NCBI RefSeq assembly: GCF_009914755.1
Contig: NC_060927.1
DNA from: the human T2T-CHM13v2.0 reference genome, Homo sapiens
Length of the DNA stretch: 64,000 nt
Reading direction: 5' to 3' (one strand)
Shown in pieces: positions 59,586 to 64,000 of this stretch. Every line of letters starts with the position of its first letter. Positions within the stretch are counted from its first letter, which is position 1. The position numbers were made by a program, and so were the translations under genes. The notes under the pieces were generated by a model. The model was not told the DNA's origin, did not search any database, and was given only the letters and a program-made list of their open reading frames with translations.

Positions 59586-64000
<4,415 letters not shown>

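Overview
Primate (human-like) nuclear DNA, intergenic or intronic and repeat-rich, judged from its Alu, L1PA and THE1 content. I recognise no host protein-coding exon and do not assign a gene name. The only ORFs with a recognisable product are frameshifted LINE remnants. Contents: about 9 Alus, many MIR/L2/old L1M fragments, MaLR/ERVL solo LTRs (several with intact target-site duplications), MER5 and MADE1 DNA-transposon relics, and a CpG island at about 13.5-14.65 kb with promoter-like motifs and a minus-strand splice donor. The last 10 kb is a three-layer L1 nest (L1MB, then L1PA7-like, then L1PA3/4-like). The most striking unexplained structure is a 422-bp near-perfect inverted repeat (19636-20057 / 20745-21166, two mismatches by eye) around a 687-bp spacer. 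It splits one Alu and one MLT1A LTR into pieces on opposite strands, which documents a recent inverted duplication plus inversion with 2-bp microhomology at both junctions. Two older displaced local direct duplications (25.1/26.5 kb; 46.7/47.4 kb) are also present. I found no evidence for a new gene-encoded system. Repeat subfamily names are from recall of consensus motifs and boundaries are approximate unless a TSD is given.
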